In this document: positions 58,321-64,000 of the stretch, one piece after another
How the letters are laid out: each line of letters opens with the position of its first letter
Position numbering within the stretch: position 1 is the stretch's first letter
Assembly (NCBI GenBank): GCA_965198115.1
Contig: OZ240241.1
Span: forward strand, 4,096,001 to 4,160,000
Origin: Candidatus Latescibacterota bacterium
GTDB lineage: Bacteria > Latescibacterota > UBA2968
Direction: 5' to 3'
DNA length: 64,000 nucleotides
Notes under the pieces: generated by a model
The model's database searches: none
Told to the model about the DNA's origin: nothing
Seen by the model: the letters and a program-made list of their open reading frames with translations, nothing else
Program-made: the position numbers and the translations under genes

Positions 58321-60596
58321 CAGCTTGCTCCGTTCACGGCCTCGCCTCGTTGGACGAGGTCGCCGTTGCGCTTCAGTCCCGAACCATCGACTTCCAGAAC
58401 TCGATCGATCGTGCCGCTCCTGCTCTCTACGATCGCGAACGCTTCACCGTCGGAGTGAAAATCATCGAGCATCAGATCATCGCTCCCGGGCAGACGGACC
58501 GCGTAGTGGACGGTCCGACCATCCTTGAGCGAAATCCGACCGACCGAGACACCCGCTTCCCCGTCGAGTCGCTCTGCGTAGCTGATGGGCGACATCTCGC
58601 CACGAGCGATCGGAACAAGCACGTAGCTCATCGCCGTCGTCCCACTGCCCTCGGTCGCGTAGACCGCCGTCGGAAGGGGATGACATTCATAGGGCTTGCC
58701 GCGTGGGATCCAGCCCTGCACCACCGGGTCCTCCTGCCCGGAAACCACATCGAGTTCGGTCCCCTCCGGCACGATGCCGTAGATGCCCAGGTTACCCGCG
58801 TCCCGGTTGCACGTTTCGACGCTCTTCCCGTTCCCCACGACGTCCACCTTGATCGAATCGAGGTGAAATAGAGTCTCGTACCGATGGGAAGCGCCATCCA
58901 TCGCCTGCAGGAAGTCCGTGACGATCCACACGTCCGGCTTCACGAACAGAACGGCACGCGTGTGCGTCACCGTCTTCAGCTTCTGAGTGCCGTAGCCGTC
59001 GTCGTAGCTCGCGGACGCATAGTCGAACGACGAGTTGCTCACCCAGGTGTGGGGCAGTGGCGCGCTCACCAGGTAATCTTCCCGAGGCCTCCCCTGTTGG
59101 TTCTGCTCCAGGCCGTCGACCAGAACCGTGTTGTGAGCCCGCGTGGAAAGAACGTATCTGCGCCATTGGGACCCGTCGTAGGGATAATTGCCGGGATCCG
59201 TCAGGTGCACGCGCCCCTCTGCGTAAACGACGATGTTCAGCTTGTCTTCGTGCTGGTGGCCGTAGCCGAACGGCCCGCCATCGAACAGCAGATACGCATC
59301 ATCCTGGTCCCATCCGGAGCGCATCACAAAGTGCCCGGCGTAGGGAAAGGCGGTGGACAGCGTCGTCGGTCGTTCCCCCTGGCTTCCTCCACTTGCCGCC
59401 CATTGGAAGTCCTTTCGCTCGGGGAAGAACTCCAGCGCGTTCTTCATCCACGGGCGAATGTCGGTCCAATCCCCGTCGTTGAGCGCCGGCATCCTCAAGT
59501 CTGGCATCGCGAGGTAGAGATCGTAGTCGTAGAGTCGCTCGAGTTTCGCCACGTAATCCGGCGGGATGGGCTGGCCGTTCAGACAGCCCAGGTTGTAGGC
59601 CATCACGAAGTTCCGCAAGCTCACCTGATGATATGACGAAGACAGCTCGACCTGGGCGCCGTCCAGGTAAACCTGGTTGTCGAGCTCCCGGTAGAGCCGC
59701 TCCATCGCGACCCTCCGCCACTCAGCCGACTCCTTGAACTCGGGAAACAGCACCCCGAGGTGATACAGCCCGTTTCCCTCCATCGTCAGCCAGTTGCCGG
59801 TCTGCGGCCACCTGAGCAGGTGGCGGGCGTGCTCGACCATACTCCGCAGCATCAAACAAATCGCTTCGTCCGAAAAAGCCACCGACGGCAAGAAGTAGAA
59901 AAACGCGTAAGGCCACGTCTGTCCAGCCCGGATGCCGCACTCGATCGTCCGCCAGCAGTTGGTGTTGGGCGATCCCATCCTTGCGCCGTGCTTCCACGTG
60001 TTGCCATCTTCTCCGACCGGTACGAGGACGTTCAACACCCAGTGCCTCATCTGCCGTACGAACGCCCGCGCAAATTTCTCATCCCCCGTCTTCCAATAGG
60101 CCTGGCCCAGCGTCACCCAGTAAGGATGACGGGACAGCTGCCAGGTCCATTCCCGGTAGTCGATCGGGTTGAGCTCCCAGTTGATCGTTTGACCGAAGAC
60201 GTGCTCCACGTCGCAGCTCGTCAGTGTGTTAGCGACCGCCTTGTCCGCTATTTTCAGGTCCACGTGGCTGATGGCATCGTCCCCCACACGGACCAGCTCC
60301 ACCTCGTGCCGGTAGTGGGGGTCGCGGCGATCGCGCCAGTTGGAGAACCAGAAGGGACGCTCCCGCGACTTCAGGTATCGGACAAACTCGGAGCGTGCCG
60401 CAGGCCAGTCCGCACGCAGCACTGCGCTCCGCACGCCCTCGAGCCCCAATCGGTCCAGATCGAGCGCGTTGAAGAAAGCCATATCCCCCAGTCGAGGGCC
60501 GTTCATAACAACTCCTGGTTCGAGGGTCTCCGAGTCTGCAACCCACGGATTTCTCGTGACATCTGCTTCAGTCAAACGTGACGACAATGATACCAA
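58320..60596 (-). CDS. Heparinase II/III family / alginate-lyase-like protein
   Basis: EWTWQLSRH, NWLTME, DGAQVELSSSYH, MRSGW, GHQHEDKL and STRAHNTVLVDG motifs. Confidence 0.9.
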   Translation of the reverse strand: MVSLSSRLTEADVTRNPWVADSETLEPGVVMNGPRLGDMAFFNALDLDRLGLEGVRSAVLRADWPAARSEFVRYLKSRERPFWFSNWRDRRDPHYRHEVELVRVGDDAISHVDLKIADKAVANTLTSCDVEHVFGQTINWELNPIDYREWTWQLSRHPYWVTLGQAYWKTGDEKFARAFVRQMRHWVLNVLVPVGEDGNTWKHGARMGSPNTNCWRTIECGIRAGQTWPYAFFYFLPSVAFSDEAICLMLRSMVEHARHLLRWPQTGNWLTMEGNGLYHLGVLFPEFKESAEWRRVAMERLYRELDNQVYLDGAQVELSSSYHQVSLRNFVMAYNLGCLNGQPIPPDYVAKLERLYDYDLYLAMPDLRMPALNDGDWTDIRPWMKNALEFFPERKDFQWAASGGSQGERPTTLSTAFPYAGHFVMRSGWDQDDAYLLFDGGPFGYGHQHEDKLNIVVYAEGRVHLTDPGNYPYDGSQWRRYVLSTRAHNTVLVDGLEQNQQGRPREDYLVSAPLPHTWVSNSSFDYASASYDDGYGTQKLKTVTHTRAVLFVKPDVWIVTDFLQAMDGASHRYETLFHLDSIKVDVVGNGKSVETCNRDAGNLGIYGIVPEGTELDVVSGQEDPVVQGWIPRGKPYECHPLPTAVYATEGSGTTAMSYVLVPIARGEMSPISYAERLDGEAGVSVGRISLKDGRTVHYAVRLPGSDDLMLDDFHSDGEAFAIVESRSGTIDRVLEVDGSGLKRNGDLVQRGEAVNGAS

Positions 60597-60628
60597 CGGC
60601 CTGCGACCTTGTAAAGCGCACCCACGGC

Positions 60629-60678
60629 TTGACAGGGATCGACCCCCGACTATATTAGCCTTAACCCATTGGTATAAT
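60629..60678 (+). promoter_or_regulatory. Sigma70 promoter(s) for the YbiB-like/polB pair
   Basis: TTGACA-N16-TATATT at 60629-60656, and an extended -10 TGGTATAAT ending 7 nt before the ATG (possibly leaderless). Confidence 0.6.
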
Positions 60679-60685
60679 TGATTTT

Positions 60686-62122
60686 ATGATCACGACCATC
60701 ACTCACAGACAGCCGAACACGCTCTTGCTGGAGGCGCAGAGCAGAGTATGCACGGGTCCACACCAGACCCGACCGCTGACGGAGCGCGACGGGCCGGATC
60801 CGGACCAGATCCTCGACATCGTCATCGCGTCCGCATCCGACCCGGACACCTACCCGGACCCAGCATCCGCTGCCCAACTCGGGTCCTTTCTGACGGCAAT
60901 GACGGTTCGCCGAAACTTCCCCGAGGCTACGGCCTGGAGCGTCGACGAGTTGGCAGCGCTCTCCCGCCACGACACGGGGCTGGCCTCGCTACCGTCCCCC
61001 TTCGACTTTCTCGTCGATCCGGCGCGCGTTCCGGGAACGAACTCACCAGCCGACACGGTCCTCGTCAGCGCCCTGATTCCCATCCTTGCGGGCAACAACC
61101 TGACCTACGATCAGACCCGTCGTGCGGCAGACGCCGCCCTTGACCCGGACGCCCACCCCGCACTGACGGCCGCCTTCCTGATCGGCCAACGGATGAATCG
61201 CGAGACCTACGAAGAGTTTTGCGGACATCTCGACGCCGTCTTCGACCGGACCGATCGACACGTGGTCAACGTAGATGCACTGACGCACATCGGCGAACCC
61301 TACACCGGGGCGACGCGATTCTTCAAACCGACCGTGTTCGTCACGGCAGTGCGTGCCGCGCAGGGCCACACCACCCTCCTCCACGGCGTCGACCGACTCC
61401 CACCCAAGTTCGGCGTCACCGACGAGCAGATTCTTCGATTTCTCGGAGCCGACGTCGACCTCGACCTCGATCGAGTTGCCCGTTTGGTCGAGGATCCCAA
61501 CGTCCGGTTCGGCTACGTCAGCCAGCGGGTGTTCGCACCGAACGCCTACGCCCTCCGCGACCTCCGGCACCACATCGGAAAGCGTCCTCCCTGGGCCGCG
61601 ACGGAAAAGGCCCAACGACTCCTGCGTGCCAGCGGCTCCAACGCAGCCGTCATCGGCTACTACCATCCTGGTTACGAGAACCTTCATCTCAGGCTGATGC
61701 GCGACGAGGACCTCGATACCGGCTTCCTGATCAAGGGCGAAGAAGGGACTGCCCAATTCTCGTTGCGGCCGCGCGAACCAGATCCTGCAGGTCGCCAACG
61801 CGTCAACCACGTCGAAGGGTTCAGGGGGGACCGGCAGACGGTAGACGCTCTCGATCCCCAGACCTACGGGTTTTCCTACGCCCACAGCCCAAGTGCCCGA
61901 ACCGTCACAGCCGAGGCCTTCGCCACGGAAGGTCGCGCCGCACTCTCGGGTCAGCTAGGTTCGTCATTCGACCGCATCCTCTTGAATGCGGCCGCCCTCA
62001 ACGTCCTCCTCGCCTGCGACCCCGATCCCGAAAGCGCCGTCGCCCACGCCCGCGAAACGATCGGTCGCGGCGACGCGCTCCGGTACCTCGACACCTACAT
62101 CGAACGCTCCAACTCGGTCTGA
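60686..62122 (+). CDS. Anthranilate phosphoribosyltransferase-like (glycosyl transferase family 3, YbiB-like) protein
   Basis: AQLGSFL, FLIGQRMNRET, HGVDRLPPKFGVT, IGKRPPWAATEK, KGEEG and LNAA motifs. GEPYTG replaces the TrpD GTGGD loop. Confidence 0.82.
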   Translation: MITTITHRQPNTLLLEAQSRVCTGPHQTRPLTERDGPDPDQILDIVIASASDPDTYPDPASAAQLGSFLTAMTVRRNFPEATAWSVDELAALSRHDTGLASLPSPFDFLVDPARVPGTNSPADTVLVSALIPILAGNNLTYDQTRRAADAALDPDAHPALTAAFLIGQRMNRETYEEFCGHLDAVFDRTDRHVVNVDALTHIGEPYTGATRFFKPTVFVTAVRAAQGHTTLLHGVDRLPPKFGVTDEQILRFLGADVDLDLDRVARLVEDPNVRFGYVSQRVFAPNAYALRDLRHHIGKRPPWAATEKAQRLLRASGSNAAVIGYYHPGYENLHLRLMRDEDLDTGFLIKGEEGTAQFSLRPREPDPAGRQRVNHVEGFRGDRQTVDALDPQTYGFSYAHSPSARTVTAEAFATEGRAALSGQLGSSFDRILLNAAALNVLLACDPDPESAVAHARETIGRGDALRYLDTYIERSNSV

Positions 62123-62124
62123 CC

Positions 62125-64000
62125 GTGTCCACACCCGATACATCCCTGCGTGGCTTTCTCATCCACGTGTTCCACCAGCAGCGTGACGATCGATTCCTCA
62201 TCCTGGGCATCGGGCGCGACGAAAACGGAGGAACCTTCGGCTTCGTCGACGATCGGTTCCGTCCTGGCTTCTTCATTCGGCGTTCCGAATTCGAACGCGC
62301 CCGTCCCTATCTACTCGACCCATCGATCCAAACGGTCGAAGACACCCACCACACGATGGACGGCGAGCCGGTTATCGAAGTTCTCTCTCACCGCCTCAGC
62401 GCCCTCAGACGCACGTCCGAGGCGCTCTCGAAAAACGAAATACGAACCTACGAAGCGGATCTGTCCCCCATCCGCCGTTATCTGATAGATCGAACGATTC
62501 GGCAGAGTGTCAAGATCTCGGGCCCGTCCCGGAAGGGTGACGGCGTCGATCGCGTCTTCACGAATCCCTCCCTCGTCCCGGCGGAGGTTCTGGTCGACCT
62601 CAAAGTGCTGGCCCTCGACATCGAGACGCTCCCCGATGCTTCGCGTGTCCTCGCCTTTTCGCTCGTCGGCTGCGGCGACACCGACATCGAAGAGACCCAC
62701 CTCCTCGGCCAGCCCGCCCCCACCGACGATCACTCGACATTCGCGCACCTGGACGAAGGGGCCCTGCTCGATGCGCTGTCCGAACGGATCGAAGCTCTCG
62801 ATCCCGACATCATCACCGGGTGGAACGTCGTCGACTTCGACCTCCACGTCCTGCAACAGCGCTACCGTGCCCTTGGAAAGACCTTTCAACTCGGACGCAC
62901 GCGGGACACGGCCTGGCGCAGACAGAGCCAGAACTGGGGCGGCAGTCGTGTCATCATCCCCGGTCGTCAGGCCGTCGACGCGATGCGACTCGTTCGTGCG
63001 ATTCCACGGCGGTTCGACGACTACCGTCTCAGCACCGTCGCGCAAGAGCTCCTGGGTCGCGGCAAGACCCTCGAGCCCGAAGACGACGCATCGATACCGG
63101 AAGCTATTCTCGACGCCTACGAGCACGATCGCCCGGCCTTTTGCGAGTACTGTCTCGAAGACAGTCGGCTGGTCCGCGATATCCTCGAAGCCGAGGGACT
63201 CATCCCCCTGACGATCCAACGCAGCAAGCTGACGGGCTTGTCGCTCGACAACGCGTGGGGCAGCATCGGCGCCTTCGAGTTCCTCTACACGACCGAACTC
63301 CACGCCCGCGGAATCGTCGCCCCCACGCTCGGCACCGACGCCGCGAACCGAGGCGGTGCGCCCGGTGGGCTGATCGTCGCCCCTCAACCAGGTGTCCACG
63401 ACCACGTCTTCGTGTTCGACTTCAAGAGCCTGTATCCGTCGATCATCTGCACCTTCAACATCGATCCGCTGTCCAGGCTTCGTGCAGGAGACAATGCCAT
63501 CGAGGCGCCCAACGGCGCCTGCTTCGATCGAGCCCCGGGTATCCTGCCGCAGTTGCTCGACCAGTTCTTCACCTCCCGTGACGAAGCCAGGACCCGTGGC
63601 AACGAGCTCGCGTCCTACACCTACAAAATCGTGATGAACTCGTTCTACGGTGTGCTCGCGACCACCGCCTGTCGTTTCGCCGCACCCGAACTCGCCGGCG
63701 CGATCACCGGATTCGGTCACCAGATCCTTCGATGGACGCAGCGCTGGCTCGAAGAGGCCGGTGCGACGGTTCTTTACGGGGACACGGACTCCGTCTTCGT
63801 CCAGCCCGGTCTACCGACGGACGCCACGGAAATGGACGCCCGCTCGGTCGGACGGGATCTCTGTCAACGGGTCAACGAAGCCCTCGGTGCGCACCTTCGC
63901 AAAACCTATGACGTCGACCCCAAGCTGGAGCTGGAGTTCGAAAAGTATTACCGTCTCCTACTCTTGCCGCCAATGCGGGGTGACGTCGATCGCGGCCGGG
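62125..64000 (+). CDS. polB: DNA polymerase II (family B), partial; absent from the ORF track because it has no stop in the window
   Basis: Frame 1 from GTG 62125: YEADL, LDIET (ExoI), ITGWNVVDFD (ExoII), DFKSLYPS, KIVMNSFYG and YGDTDS motifs. Confidence 0.95.
   Translation, partial: MSTPDTSLRGFLIHVFHQQRDDRFLILGIGRDENGGTFGFVDDRFRPGFFIRRSEFERARPYLLDPSIQTVEDTHHTMDGEPVIEVLSHRLSALRRTSEALSKNEIRTYEADLSPIRRYLIDRTIRQSVKISGPSRKGDGVDRVFTNPSLVPAEVLVDLKVLALDIETLPDASRVLAFSLVGCGDTDIEETHLLGQPAPTDDHSTFAHLDEGALLDALSERIEALDPDIITGWNVVDFDLHVLQQRYRALGKTFQLGRTRDTAWRRQSQNWGGSRVIIPGRQAVDAMRLVRAIPRRFDDYRLSTVAQELLGRGKTLEPEDDASIPEAILDAYEHDRPAFCEYCLEDSRLVRDILEAEGLIPLTIQRSKLTGLSLDNAWGSIGAFEFLYTTELHARGIVAPTLGTDAANRGGAPGGLIVAPQPGVHDHVFVFDFKSLYPSIICTFNIDPLSRLRAGDNAIEAPNGACFDRAPGILPQLLDQFFTSRDEARTRGNELASYTYKIVMNSFYGVLATTACRFAAPELAGAITGFGHQILRWTQRWLEEAGATVLYGDTDSVFVQPGLPTDATEMDARSVGRDLCQRVNEALGAHLRKTYDVDPKLELEFEKYYRLLLLPPMRGDVDRGR

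Noticed and set aside
60597-60685. LexA box upstream of the YbiB-like/polB pair
   Set aside because: Neither CTGT-N8-ACAG nor GAAC-N4-GTTC is present.
62311-63720. 469-aa minus-strand ORF
   Set aside because: Antisense shadow of polB, which carries all family B motifs on the plus strand.
1-64000. CRISPR array, tRNA or rRNA
   Set aside because: No regularly spaced 25-45-bp repeats with unique spacers and no cas genes; no cloverleaf or rRNA-like sequence recognised by eye.

Overview
GC-rich (roughly 60-65% by eye) bacterial chromosomal window with about 55 genes. No rRNA, tRNA or CRISPR array is visible. The gene content (many amidohydrolases, Gfo/Idh/MocA and PhyH enzymes, DUF6785-like membrane proteins, a PQQ-type propeller, an ECF fusion) resembles uncultured lineages such as Latescibacterota or Poribacteria; that assignment is inference only. 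Housekeeping genes: mnmA, pheA, an aminotransferase, nadA, hisI, prs, an RluA-type synthase, an orphan mraY-like gene and polB (runs off the right end). Transport loci: a TetR-controlled RND pump, an ABC-2 pair and a decaying MacAB-like ABC locus. Mobile DNA: a dead IS1380 that truncates an MFS gene and an intact-looking IS256 that splits a PhyH dioxygenase. Best candidates for uncharacterised biology: (1) flavin reductase + two asymmetric amidohydrolase-fold paralogues + Rieske ferredoxin, resembling an AibH1H2-type dinuclear monooxygenase of unknown substrate; (2) a DUF2089 HTH protein paired with a SHOCT-tagged, catalytically degenerate sigma54-type AAA+ domain; (3) an ECF sigma factor fused to a degenerate Eis-like acetyltransferase; (4) a heparinase-like lyase, an amidohydrolase and tandem DUF6785-like membrane proteins; (5) an SDR with a non-canonical QueA; (6) a YbiB-like gene coupled to polB; (7) a dense, nested set of 7/8/9-mer tandem arrays and REP/MITE-like palindromes in many spacers. 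Several single-base frameshifts fall in short homopolymers and are probably sequencing errors. All family assignments come from motif recognition by eye; no database searches were run.
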